DNA of 64,000 nt from Thermodesulfobacteriota bacterium (GTDB taxonomy: Bacteria; Desulfobacterota; Desulfobaccia; Desulfobaccales; 0-14-0-80-60-11): contig JBFLXM010000032.1 in the NCBI GenBank assembly GCA_040757175.1, positions 7,448-71,447 of the forward strand, given 5' to 3'. Below the pieces are notes generated by a model that was not told the DNA's origin, ran no database searches, and saw only the letters and a list, made by a program, of their open reading frames with translations. Both the position numbers and the translations under genes were made by a program. This document shows, piece by piece, positions 22,446-31,490 of the stretch (the first letter of the stretch is position 1; each line of letters begins with the position of its first letter).

Positions 22446-23627
22446 ATGCTTATTCCAGGATTTCGCTTTGCCGCGGCCATGGCCGGCATCAAGAAGGCCG
22501 GTGTTTGGGACCTGGCCTTAATGGCCGCAGAAAAACCGGTGGCCGCGGCCGCGGTCTACACCCGGAACCGGGTGAAGGCCGCGCCGGTGCTCCTGACCCG
22601 GCAGCGCCTCCGGTCCGGCCGGGCCCAGGCCATTTTGGTGAACGCGGGCAACGCCAACGCCTGCACCGGAGACCAGGGCATGGACGCGGCCCGGGAGACC
22701 ACCGGCATAGCCGCGGAATTGCTGGGGATACCCCCGGGCCTGGTCCTCCCGGCCTCCACCGGGGTCATCGGCCAGCCCCTGCCGGCGGCGAAAATCAAGG
22801 CCGCGCTCCCGGATTTGGTGGCCAATCTGAAGGCGGAGGGTTTGCCGGACGCGGCCCGGGCCATCATGACCACGGACACCCGGCCCAAGACCGCATCTTT
22901 TCAAGGAATAATCGGCGGCCGGGCATTCACCCTGGCGGGCATCGCCAAGGGCGCGGGCATGATCCACCCGGATCTGGCCACCCTCCTGGTCTTTATCTTC
23001 ACCGACGCGGCCGCCGCGCCGGCGGTCCTGAAAACCTTGCTGCGCCAGGCCAGTGCCAAAAGCTTCAACCGCATCACCGTGGATGGGGACACCTCCACCA
23101 ATGACACCATCTTGTGGCTGGCCAGCGGCCAGGCGGGGAACCCCCTAATTGCCGGGGCCGGGCCGGAGATGGCGGTCCTGGGCGCAGGGTTGAACCAGGT
23201 GATGGGTGACCTGGCCCGGCAGGTGGTGGCCGACGGCGAAGGGGCCCGGCATATCTTCCGGGTGGAGGTTAAGGGCGCGGCCACAGCCGGCGACGCCAAA
23301 AAGGCCGCGGCCACCGTGGCGCTGTCCCCCCTGGTGAAGACGGCCATGGCCGGGGAAGACGTCAATTGGGGCCGCATCATGGCCGCGTTGGGGCGCTCCG
23401 GGGCCCGGTTCGATCCGGCGCGGGTGGACATCGCCTTCGGGGTTTGTCAGGTGGTAAAAAGCGGCCTGGGGCTGGGGGCCGCAGCCGAAGCCCGGGCCCA
23501 GCAGGTGATCAAGTCCGGGGCCTTTACCCTGCATATCGACCTTCAGGCCGGGGCCTTCACCGACTACTACGACACCTGCGACTACACCGAGGACTATATC
23601 CGCATCAACGCCGATTACCGGAGTTGA
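22446..23627 (+). CDS. argJ: Bifunctional ornithine acetyltransferase / N-acetylglutamate synthase ArgJ
   Basis: MLIPGFRFAAAMAGIKK.., autoproteolytic ATLL motif region (HPDLATLLVFIFTDA), ends ..YIRINADYRS. ATG at 22446 after AAGAGG. Confidence 0.93.
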   Translation: MLIPGFRFAAAMAGIKKAGVWDLALMAAEKPVAAAAVYTRNRVKAAPVLLTRQRLRSGRAQAILVNAGNANACTGDQGMDAARETTGIAAELLGIPPGLVLPASTGVIGQPLPAAKIKAALPDLVANLKAEGLPDAARAIMTTDTRPKTASFQGIIGGRAFTLAGIAKGAGMIHPDLATLLVFIFTDAAAAPAVLKTLLRQASAKSFNRITVDGDTSTNDTILWLASGQAGNPLIAGAGPEMAVLGAGLNQVMGDLARQVVADGEGARHIFRVEVKGAATAGDAKKAAATVALSPLVKTAMAGEDVNWGRIMAALGRSGARFDPARVDIAFGVCQVVKSGLGLGAAAEARAQQVIKSGAFTLHIDLQAGAFTDYYDTCDYTEDYIRINADYRS

Positions 23628-23649
23628 GCGGCGCTTTCGAGATCATCAG

Positions 23650-23683
23650 GCGCGCCTGACCAGGACGATGGCAGGCGCGCTTT
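23650..23683 (+). terminator. Possible argJ terminator hairpin
   Basis: A 9-bp GC stem, GCGCGCCTG..CAGGCGCGC, followed by only TTT. Weak T-tract. Confidence 0.35.
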
Positions 23684-23763
23684 AATGCCTCCAAATCCTG
23701 AGTTGTCACCCGCGCTGGCAATGCTTATTCTTAGGGTTCAAAAGAACTCAGGACGATAACCTG

Positions 23764-24345
23764 ATGCGAAGATTTGTTTCTTTCCTTATCGCTGGTCTGT
23801 GCCTCCAGCTTTTTCCCGTACTTTCTTATGCGGATTTATTCCAGAAGTATGCCAAAATAATTTGGATCGACCAGGAAAACCAGGTGGGGGGAGCCTACGG
23901 GCGGGGGAGAAAGCTGTTGGAATTCCCCATCTTGACCGGTGACGATGAAACCCCGACGCCTCCGGGAACTTACGTCATTAAAAAGAAGGAACCCCATTAT
24001 TATTCCCGTAAATACAAGGTGCCCATGCCCTACTCCCTCTTTTTCGATTTAAAGGGAATGCGGGCCATTCACGAAGGAGACGTGCCCGAACCTAACGAAA
24101 AAGGAGACTGGGCCACTCACGGCTGCATCCACGTGGAAAGGCCTTACATGAAATGGTTGTACGATTGGGCGGAGCAAGGCAAGACCGTGGTGGTAGTCAA
24201 AGGACGGCGAGTGTGGGAAGAGGAGGGGAAGAAGGAAGGAGTCGAAAACAGGGAAGGAAAGGAGAGCGTAGGATCAGAACCTGAAGCCGCAGCCGAGCAC
24301 GAGTCCGAACCCGAAGCCGCACCCGAGTCCGAGTCCGAAGACTGA
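23764..24345 (+). CDS. L,D-transpeptidase (YkuD) domain protein with an acidic SEPEAA-repeat tail
   Basis: Signal peptide and a catalytic-like H..THGCIHVE motif. The C-terminus carries repeated SEPEAA(A/P)E units. Confidence 0.6.
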   Translation: MRRFVSFLIAGLCLQLFPVLSYADLFQKYAKIIWIDQENQVGGAYGRGRKLLEFPILTGDDETPTPPGTYVIKKKEPHYYSRKYKVPMPYSLFFDLKGMRAIHEGDVPEPNEKGDWATHGCIHVERPYMKWLYDWAEQGKTVVVVKGRRVWEEEGKKEGVENREGKESVGSEPEAAAEHESEPEAAPESESED

Positions 24346-24362
24346 TTCCCTCTACCGGCAGT

Positions 24363-25412
24363 TCATCGAGGGCCCAGATGCTGAATGATCATCTCCGCGA
24401 TCACCCGGTTGCCCCGTTGATTATAGTGGCCGTTCAGCAGGAAGATGTCGGTCTTTTCATTAAGATATTTCCCGGCGTCCATGATGATCATCTTCTTGAT
24501 AAAGGGGGGGTACTGTCCGGTGGAGATTTTCTCCCGCAGGGAATCCACAAATCTGCTGTCCCGGGGATCGAAGGAATTGGCCTTGAAGACCATGAGCTGC
24601 ACCCCAGAAAAGTCGAGGCCGCAATTAAGAAGCACCTCCAGGAAGGCCTCCACTTCACCTTTTTCCAGTTTATAGCGGCCTTCTTCCACCTGCTTATAAT
24701 CCCTTATCTTAAAAAGATAATTAAAATTACTGCTGATCACGTTGGCCGCGCTCCAGAGATATTTTCCGGGATAGTATTGTCTGATCTCCCGGTTCTGTTT
24801 AACCAGCTCTTCATACTTTTCCCGGGGCATGGTGGTCAGTTGATTGCCATTATTTAAGAAGCTCAGATTTTCCTCATAATCATTGTTGCAGTACTGGATT
24901 ATGAGATATTGCAACCGCTCCCTGTTGACCTTTTTGAGCAACATCATTTCCCGGGCCGTGCCATAGGAAGAACAGGAGCAATTGAGAACGGTCAGGCCCG
25001 TCCTGGCCTCAATGATCTTGGCAAAAGTTTCGTTCTGCCGCGCGCCCCAGCCCATGGCGTAGGAATCCCCCACCACCACCATCTGGGGGGAATCCAGGGC
25101 CTCTTCGCTGTCTCTCACTCCCAGGCTGTTGATGGTGTATGGGGTGGAAAATTCGTAGTCGGAGAAAAGACAGGTGCCGGGCTTTAAGGTATATCCCAGC
25201 AGGGGGTCAAATCTGGCGCATTCCGGCAAGTATTGAATACTATTCATATCAAAATTAAAATATATTCTCCGGGATATTTTGGTGATGAGACCCGGCAGTA
25301 TCTTATGGACCCCCGGATATTTTACGGTAATAAAGAAAAACAGCTCTACTATCCCTAATAAAAAAATAATAATGACTAGGTTGATGAGAATACCTTTACC
25401 CAGTTTAGACAT
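24363..25412 (-). CDS. SGNH/GDSL-like hydrolase with an N-terminal membrane anchor
   Basis: VVVGDSYAMGWG (GDS block I), an N-terminal TM (ILINLVIIIFLLGIVELFFF) and a C-terminal GHYN. Start set at the ATG at 25412. Confidence 0.55.
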   Translation of the reverse strand: MSKLGKGILINLVIIIFLLGIVELFFFITVKYPGVHKILPGLITKISRRIYFNFDMNSIQYLPECARFDPLLGYTLKPGTCLFSDYEFSTPYTINSLGVRDSEEALDSPQMVVVGDSYAMGWGARQNETFAKIIEARTGLTVLNCSCSSYGTAREMMLLKKVNRERLQYLIIQYCNNDYEENLSFLNNGNQLTTMPREKYEELVKQNREIRQYYPGKYLWSAANVISSNFNYLFKIRDYKQVEEGRYKLEKGEVEAFLEVLLNCGLDFSGVQLMVFKANSFDPRDSRFVDSLREKISTGQYPPFIKKMIIMDAGKYLNEKTDIFLLNGHYNQRGNRVIAEMIIQHLGPR

Positions 25413-25713
25413 GCCGGCCCATCCTGAAAAAATCGACGCTCCCCCGGGGCAGGGTGGGCAACCGCGTTTGGTCAGCCGCCATCGCCAAAGCCGGAGAATG
25501 CTGCCTGCGGGCAGTGAAACCGAGTCCCCTAATTCACCCATGGGCCCGCCTAATCCCACCGGGGACCCTAGCTATTTTACTTGGTGCGGCCGGTGGGGCC
25601 AAGGGAAAACCAGGGTCTGAACTTGCATCGGCGCGGATAAGTTCTTAACATCATGTCAATCACTGGAATAATCACGCAACCCGAGTACGCCATTAACCAG
25701 GGGAGGAAAAGAA

Positions 25714-26493
25714 ATGCCTTATAAGTCCGCCGCGGCCAAATTGAAGGAGGCCTTGCGCCTGCGCACCGAACCCCTGGGGATCGCTTATCTTAAGGACCTG
25801 GCCGCGTTGCCCAAATGTCGGCGGCCCTCCCAGGTCTTCGGGAAAAAGGTGACCATCTGCCAGGGAGTCACCATGGCCCGGGTTTACGGCTGGTCCGTGG
25901 GCCTGACCCGGGAGGATCTGATCTGCGTCCCCGGCATGCTGGCCTTCGGGTTTACCCCGGCCGCGGATCCGATTCTGGAATTGGCCCAACTCTTCTGCGA
26001 GGTGGGATTCAACCGGGAGATGGGGCCGGCTCTGAAAGAGGTGGAGTCCCTGCCCCGCTTCGCGCCGGAAGAGATCGCCGCCATTTATCTCTCTCCCCTG
26101 GAGCGCCTGGCCTTGGAACCGGAGGTCGTGGCCGTCTGGGGCAATCCGGCCCAGATGATGCGCCTCATTCAGGCGGCCAACTTCAGCCTGGGAGAACAAG
26201 CCAGCGGCGATTTCAGCGGCAAGGTGGAATGCGCCTCTTATCTTCTGGGCCCTTATAGAACCGGCAAGGTAATCGTGACCATTCCCGGCATGGGGGACCG
26301 CATCTTTTCCATGACCCAGGATGATGAAATGGTGACCAGCTTCCCGGCAGCCCTCTTGGAGCCCATTCTTGAGGGCCTCCAGGAAGCCGGCCGGAAAATC
26401 GGCGCCCGCTATCCCGTCACCGTGTACCAGAATTTTACCCCGGCCTTCCCTCCACCCTATGAAGAGCGGGCCAAAAAGTGGGGGATTATTTAA
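25714..26493 (+). CDS. DUF169-like (COG2043-type) protein
   Basis: 259 aa. The N-terminal ..LKEALRLRTEPLGIAYLKD.. and overall size recall the DUF169 family. Assignment from memory only. Confidence 0.45.
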   Translation: MPYKSAAAKLKEALRLRTEPLGIAYLKDLAALPKCRRPSQVFGKKVTICQGVTMARVYGWSVGLTREDLICVPGMLAFGFTPAADPILELAQLFCEVGFNREMGPALKEVESLPRFAPEEIAAIYLSPLERLALEPEVVAVWGNPAQMMRLIQAANFSLGEQASGDFSGKVECASYLLGPYRTGKVIVTIPGMGDRIFSMTQDDEMVTSFPAALLEPILEGLQEAGRKIGARYPVTVYQNFTPAFPPPYEERAKKWGII

Positions 26494-26536
26494 GGGTGAG
26501 CAGTAAACAGTGAACTTTTAAGTCAGGGAGATCGCC

Positions 26537-28315
26537 TTGTCCGCTCGGTCCAACATCTCCTTCCGTCCCATTGCTCTGCGGGTGCTCGAAGAGCGCTATC
26601 TGCGGCGGGACCCCCAGGGGCGGGTGATGGAAAATCCGGAGGAGCTGTTCCGCCGCGTGGCCCGGGGGGTGGCCGCGGCGGAGGCCCGCTATGGCGGGAC
26701 CGGGGCGGTGGCCCGCCAGACCGAGGCTTTCTATGAAGCCCTGGCCTCTTTGAAATTCCTCCCCAATACTCCCACCTTGATGAATGCGGACATCCCGGAA
26801 GGACAACTGGCCGCCTGCTTCGTCATTCCCGTGCAGGACGATATGCGCAGCATCCTGGAGGGAGTGCGGGACATGGCCCTCATCCACCAGACGGGCGGCG
26901 GCACCGGGTTCAGCTTCACCCATCTGCGGCCCCGGGGAGACCAGGTGCGCACCACCGGCCGGGTGGCCTCCGGCCCCCTGGGGTTTATGCGCATCTACGA
27001 CGTCACCACGGAGGTGGTCAAGCAGGGGGGACGCCGCCGGGGCGCCAATATGGGCATTCTCAACGTGGACCACCCCGATATCCTGGAGTTCATCAAGGTC
27101 AAGGCCGACCTGGGCATGCTCACCAATTTCAACCTGTCGGTGGCGGTCACCGATACCTTTATGGACCGGGTGGAAACAGATGGCACCTACCCCCTCGTCA
27201 ACCCCCGCACCGGCCAGGAGGTTAAGCGGCTGCCGGCCCGGGAGGTCTTCGATCTCCTCTGCCGCTACGCCCTCAAGACCGGCGACCCGGGCCTAATTTT
27301 TCTGGATGCCATCAACCGGGTCAACCCCACCCCGGATTTGGGTCCCATGGAGGCTACCAATCCCTGCGGAGAACAGCCCCTGCTCCCCTATGAATCCTGC
27401 AACCTGGGGTCCATCAATCTGGCCCGGCTGGTGCGAAATGGCGATCTGGATTGGGAGGAACTGGATCACCTGACCCGCCTGGGGGTCATCTTTCTGGATG
27501 ACGTCATCGACCGGAGCCATTATCCCCTGCCCCAGATTACCGCCATCACCCGGGGCAACCGCAAGATCGGCCTGGGGGTCATGGGCCTGGCGGACATGTT
27601 CATCCAGTTGGGGATGGCCTACGATTCCCCGGAGGCCCTGGAGCTGGGAGAAAAAGTGATGGCCCGCATCCAGGCCGCGGCCGTGGCCCAATCCGAGGCC
27701 CTGGCCCGGGAACGGGGACCCTTCCCCAACTTCCCCGGCAGCCGCTGGCACCATGAGGGCCGCCCCCCCCGGCGCAACGCCACCGTCACCACTGTGGCCC
27801 CCACCGGCACCATCAGCATCATTGCCGGCACCTCCAGCGGCATCGAGCCCCTCTTCGCGGTGGCTTACCGCCGCCGGGCCCTGGAAGGGGAGGAATTTAA
27901 CGAAGTTCATCCATTATTTTTGCAAAAATTGCGGACCCTGGGCCTCAAGGAAGAAGAGTGGCTCCCCCAGGTCCTGGGAACCGGGCGGGTGCGCCCCCTC
28001 ACTGCTTTTCCGGAGGAAATGCACCGCCTCTTTCCCACCACCTTTGAGGTGAGTGTGGACCACCAGGTGCAGATGCAGGCCGCGTTTCAACGGCACGTGG
28101 AAAACGCGGTGTCCAAGACCATCAATCTGGCCCCGGAGACTACCGTGGAGGAGGTGGCCCGGGCCTTCAAACTGGCTCACCAACTGGGGCTGAAGGGCAT
28201 CACCGTCTACCGCTACGGCTCCAAGCCCGGCCAGGTGCTGAGCCTACCCCCCCAGGCGGAGGCCCTGACTCTGGCCCACGAGTTCGCGGAAGAATGCCGG
28301 CAGTGCTCGGTGTAG
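26537..28315 (+). CDS. nrdJ: Class II (adenosylcobalamin-dependent) ribonucleotide reductase, short form
   Basis: ATNPCGEQPLLPYESCNLGSINL active-site block, TVAPTGTISIIAGTSSGIEP, KTINL. TTG start as in the track. Confidence 0.9.
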   Translation: MSARSNISFRPIALRVLEERYLRRDPQGRVMENPEELFRRVARGVAAAEARYGGTGAVARQTEAFYEALASLKFLPNTPTLMNADIPEGQLAACFVIPVQDDMRSILEGVRDMALIHQTGGGTGFSFTHLRPRGDQVRTTGRVASGPLGFMRIYDVTTEVVKQGGRRRGANMGILNVDHPDILEFIKVKADLGMLTNFNLSVAVTDTFMDRVETDGTYPLVNPRTGQEVKRLPAREVFDLLCRYALKTGDPGLIFLDAINRVNPTPDLGPMEATNPCGEQPLLPYESCNLGSINLARLVRNGDLDWEELDHLTRLGVIFLDDVIDRSHYPLPQITAITRGNRKIGLGVMGLADMFIQLGMAYDSPEALELGEKVMARIQAAAVAQSEALARERGPFPNFPGSRWHHEGRPPRRNATVTTVAPTGTISIIAGTSSGIEPLFAVAYRRRALEGEEFNEVHPLFLQKLRTLGLKEEEWLPQVLGTGRVRPLTAFPEEMHRLFPTTFEVSVDHQVQMQAAFQRHVENAVSKTINLAPETTVEEVARAFKLAHQLGLKGITVYRYGSKPGQVLSLPPQAEALTLAHEFAEECRQCSV

Positions 28316-28474
28316 AAAGAAACTCCTGAGGAGGAGAGGCTAAGGGCCATAAGCCGTTAACGCTGGATGAAACCATTTTTTAGACGTATTGTCATTTCCA
28401 TTGCGATTTTTATGAGAATAATTCAAATTATCAATAATAGGCCCTTAGAGATTTAACTAAGCAGGTGTAAAAAA

Positions 28475-28693
28475 ATGAAAAAGTCATTTACTATGGTCGT
28501 AGAACGTGATCCCGAAAGTAATTGGCTGGTGGGAGAAGTAGTGGAACTCCCCGGCTGCTATACCCAAGCGCCGGATTTGCCCACGCTGGTTGCCAATATG
28601 CAAGAAGCAATCCGCGGCTATCTGCGGACGATCGAGTTGAAGGAACCAACGGCTGCCTTTGTGGGCACCTGGCAGGTTGAGGTGGCTATTTGA
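28475..28693 (+). CDS. hicB: HicB-like (UPF0150) antitoxin
   Basis: MKKSFTMVVERDPESNWLVGEVVELPGCYTQAPDLPTLVANMQEAIRGYL is a typical short HicB pattern. Confidence 0.65.
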   Translation: MKKSFTMVVERDPESNWLVGEVVELPGCYTQAPDLPTLVANMQEAIRGYLRTIELKEPTAAFVGTWQVEVAI

Positions 28694-28800
28694 CGAAACT
28701 ACGCTTGGTTCCTTATCGGGACTTGCGCAAAATAGTTGAGAAAGTGGGCTTCCACTGGGTAAGACGTGAGGGAAGTCACAATATATGCAGCATTGGTTGA
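28690..28800 (+). pseudogene. hicA: Truncated hicA toxin remnant (36 codons)
   Basis: The TTG overlaps the hicB stop (ATTTGA). The translation LTKLRLVPYRDLRKIVEKVGFHWVRREGSHNICSIG* keeps the HicA N-terminal half up to the GSH motif, then hits a stop. The C-terminal half is missing. Confidence 0.55.
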
Positions 28801-28806
28801 CCGGCG

Positions 28807-29124
28807 CTACCGACCCGGAGTGCCGGCGGGACCGCCCCGCAGGGCTTTCGTGGGCGGCTGGTATTGGCCGGCAGGTTTTGCTCCCTGCTGGCGTCCTTTC
28901 TTCTGGGTTTGGGGGTTCCGGATTTTCTTCTGTATCTGCTGCTGCTGCCGCCCCTTCTTTTGCTGGTCCGTGGTGAAGGACTTATCGGCTTGGTGGGGGC
29001 TATCGCCATAGCGGCCCTGGGATTGCGTCCCCTGGGCCCCTGAGATTCCCGGCAAGCCCAAAACTACTGCCAGCACCACTGCCAGCAGTCCCTTAATAGA
29101 TACCCTGGCCCCGGTTTTCTGCAT
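28807..29124 (-). CDS. Hypothetical secreted Q/K-rich low-complexity protein
   Basis: Signal-peptide-like N-terminus (LLAVVLAVVLGLPGISGAQG) followed by a QQKKGRQQQQIQKK tract. It starts 19 nt downstream of the hisG stop. It could be spurious. Confidence 0.3.
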   Translation of the reverse strand: MQKTGARVSIKGLLAVVLAVVLGLPGISGAQGTQSQGRYGDSPHQADKSFTTDQQKKGRQQQQIQKKIRNPQTQKKGRQQGAKPAGQYQPPTKALRGGPAGTPGR

Positions 29125-29143
29125 TTGCCGAGATTCCCCCTGG

Positions 29144-30019
29144 CTAGATTACTTTGTGCAAAGGATACTCCACGATGCCCTGGGCCCCAATTCGGATGAG
29201 GCGGGGGATGAGAACCCGCACCTCGGATTGGTTCACCACCACTTCCACGGAGAACCAGTCCGTCTCGTATAGAGAGGCGATGGTGGGGGCCAGGAGGCTG
29301 GGGAGGAGGTCGACGATCTCTTTCAATTGCTTCTCCGGGATATTCATTTTCAGGCCCACCATCTTTTCCGCCCGGAGGGCCCCCAGGAGCAGCACCGCGA
29401 TATTCTCCATCTTCTCCCGCTTGACGGGATTGTTTTGCCAGACCTGGGGGTTGGCGATAAACTGCGTATTGCTCTGGAAGAGTTCGTGGATGATCTTCAG
29501 GCCGTGGGCTTTAATGGTGCTGCCGGTCTCCGTCACTTCCACCACCGCGTCCACCAGCCCCGCGGCTACCTTGGCTTCCGTGGCTCCCCAGGAAAATTCC
29601 ACCTTCACCGGGATTTGCCGCTGTGCGAAAAAGCGGCGGGTGTAGTTCACCAGTTCGGTGGCGATCTTTTTGTCGGCCAGGTCTCTAATAGACCGCACCT
29701 CGGAGTCCGCGGGCACCGCCACCACCCAGCGCACCGGGTTCTGGCTGGACTTGGAGTACATGAGATCGGCCACCACTTCCACCTGGGAGTCGTTTTCCAT
29801 GGTCCAATCCAGGCCCGTGAGGCCGCAATCCAGGGTGCCGTCGGCCACATAGCGGCTCATCTCCTGGGCCCGGCACATGGAGCAGGTGATCTCCGGGTCG
29901 TCGATGTCCGGGAAATAGCTGCGCCCGTTGACCTTGATGTGCCAGCCGGAACGGCGGAAAAGTTCGATGGTGGCCTTTTCCAGGCTGCCCTTGGGAATAC
30001 CCAGTCGTAATTTATCCAC
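29144..30019 (-). CDS. hisG: ATP phosphoribosyltransferase, long form
   Basis: [21 protein letters not shown].. and a C-terminal regulatory domain. GTG at 30019 lies 9 nt after AGGAGG and overlaps the hisI stop by 8 nt. Confidence 0.9.
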   Translation of the reverse strand: MDKLRLGIPKGSLEKATIELFRRSGWHIKVNGRSYFPDIDDPEITCSMCRAQEMSRYVADGTLDCGLTGLDWTMENDSQVEVVADLMYSKSSQNPVRWVVAVPADSEVRSIRDLADKKIATELVNYTRRFFAQRQIPVKVEFSWGATEAKVAAGLVDAVVEVTETGSTIKAHGLKIIHELFQSNTQFIANPQVWQNNPVKREKMENIAVLLLGALRAEKMVGLKMNIPEKQLKEIVDLLPSLLAPTIASLYETDWFSVEVVVNQSEVRVLIPRLIRIGAQGIVEYPLHKVI

Positions 30020-30401
30020 CCCTGTATACCTCCTGGGGATCAAAGATCGGGGCACCTTCCGGCCGCCAGCCCTCGTTTTCCCGGCGGCGGTAAAAACAAC
30101 TGCGGTAGCCGGTATGGCAGGCAGCCCCGCCCACCTGCTCCACCTTCAGGAGCACCGTATCCGCATCGCAATCAAGGTAGATGGCCTTGACCCGCTGCAC
30201 ATGGCCGGAGGTTTCCCCCTTATGCCAGATTTTGCCCCGGGTGCGGCTGTAGTAATGGGCCTCTCCGGTCTTTAAGGTCAGATCCCAGGCCCCGGGGTCC
30301 ATGAAAGCCAGCATCAATACCTCCCCCGAAGCCGCATCCTGAACAATGGCGGGGATCAACCCCCCCATTTTGGCGAAATCCAATTCTTCTTTTGAGTTCA
30401 T
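30012..30401 (-). CDS. hisI: Phosphoribosyl-AMP cyclohydrolase
   Basis: ..[63 protein letters not shown] conserved HisI blocks. Confidence 0.9.
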   Translation of the reverse strand: MNSKEELDFAKMGGLIPAIVQDAASGEVLMLAFMDPGAWDLTLKTGEAHYYSRTRGKIWHKGETSGHVQRVKAIYLDCDADTVLLKVEQVGGAACHTGYRSCFYRRRENEGWRPEGAPIFDPQEVYRGG

Positions 30402-30474
30402 ATCTCGAAAAATTACCCTTTTTCATTTTAATCTGCAAGGTTGGATGCTAAATTTTAGGCAGCGGGAGGGAAAT

Positions 30475-30852
30475 ATGGGAAAGGTCATCCCTTACGGCGA
30501 TCTGGCCCGGCAGCACCGCCTCAATTTATTGGCGCATAAACGCCGGGAATATCGGGAACGGGAAGACTACCTGGCCGGCCTCAGAAAATTGCTTTTTCAA
30601 GTGGAGGGCCAGATGCGCCAGGCGGAGATGCGGCAGTTGCAAGTCTTCCATGACTTAGCCGAGAGCCTCAAAATTACCCTGGAGTTTCCCAGCCTGGGGG
30701 ATCGGGTGGCCCTGGAGGAGTTTTTCGCCACCGACCCCTTCCTGCAGATTCTCAAGGAATTTCTGGCGGAGCGCCTCAGCCCCGATGAATGTCTGCAAAG
30801 CATCACGGATCTGCGCCAGAAATTGACTGCCCCGGAGGGAGAGGGGGCATAA
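30475..30852 (+). CDS. Hypothetical protein (125 aa)
   Basis: The ATG at 30475 is preceded by GGGAGGG. Helical, charged sequence with no family recognised. Confidence 0.45.
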   Translation: MGKVIPYGDLARQHRLNLLAHKRREYREREDYLAGLRKLLFQVEGQMRQAEMRQLQVFHDLAESLKITLEFPSLGDRVALEEFFATDPFLQILKEFLAERLSPDECLQSITDLRQKLTAPEGEGA

Positions 30853-30967
30853 AAAAAACTGGCCGGGTGGGGGAGGAACCCGGCCAGTCGGTGAAAGGAG
30901 AAAATGGTATATGAACTTTGATTAAGGGGGGGATGTGGGTACCTTAATAAGGGTCATATACTCGCTT
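30851..30967 (-). ncRNA. Candidate sigma54-dependent small RNA, copy 1 (about 115 nt)
   Basis: On the minus strand, the region downstream of the sigma54-like promoter forms a long hairpin. It has an outer stem GTATATGA/TCATATAC, an inner stem ATTAAGG/CCTTAAT and a C-rich apical loop TACCCACATCCCCC. A CU-rich stretch (TTCTCCTTTC) follows, then the terminator CTGGCCGGGT..ACCCGGCCAG plus T8. The 5' end is inferred, not observed. Confidence 0.55.
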
Positions 30968-30976
30968 TATTAAATA

Positions 30977-30992
30977 TGCAGCAACCGTGCCA
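30977..30992 (-). promoter_or_regulatory. Sigma54 (-24/-12) promoter of sRNA copy 1
   Basis: The minus strand reads TGGCACGGTTGCTGCA against the consensus TGGCACG-N4-TTGCW. There is one mismatch, and GG and GC are correctly spaced. Confidence 0.6.
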
Positions 30993-31163
30993 AACTGCGA
31001 CTACTTAATATATTCTGCAATAACAATATGTTATCCAGCAATTAAGCCCGTAGCGAATCCTTTTCAGTTCAATATTTTTTACCGTAGCCAGGTGGATAAT
31101 TTTTCTTCGTAGCTTAATTGATTAATATTACTACCAATAACAAGTTTACAATTATTTTTCCCC

Positions 31164-31280
31164 AAAAAAAAACTGGCCAGGAGGGGGAGGGACCCGGCCA
31201 GTCTCTAGTAGGAGAAATTGGTACATGAACTCCGATTAAGGGGGGGATGTGGGTACCTTAATTAGGGTCACATACTCACC
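31164..31280 (-). ncRNA. Candidate sigma54-dependent small RNA, copy 2 (about 115 nt)
   Basis: Paralogue of copy 1, with roughly 80 percent identity by eye. A 29-nt core is identical (gattaagggggggatgtgggtaccttaat on the plus strand). Substitutions in the outer stem keep pairing through G-U wobbles. Terminator CTGGCCAGG..CCCGGCCAG plus T9. Confidence 0.55.
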
Positions 31281-31289
31281 AATTAAGAA

Positions 31290-31305
31290 TGCAATAACCC
31301 TGCCA
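31290..31305 (-). promoter_or_regulatory. Sigma54 (-24/-12) promoter of sRNA copy 2
   Basis: The minus strand reads TGGCAGGGTTATTGCA against the consensus TGGCACG-N4-TTGCW, with one mismatch. Confidence 0.65.
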
Positions 31306-31490
31306 AAGAGATGAAATTAAAAATACCATTGATTACAGCATGTTGCCTTTTACTAACTTTGACCTCAGTCGTGCTCGGTTCAATATTTTTTACTAGAACT
31401 TCCCCCAATAGACAAATTTCTGTAATCACAGTTTGGCGGGGGGCTACGGGAAGGGACCGGATTCCCCCTCCTCCTGCCTCAGCAGGTGCC

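Noticed and set aside
26494-26536. Cobalamin riboswitch or NrdR box upstream of nrdJ
   Set aside because: The gap after the DUF169-like gene is only 43 nt, too short for a riboswitch. No NrdR-box-like palindrome was seen.
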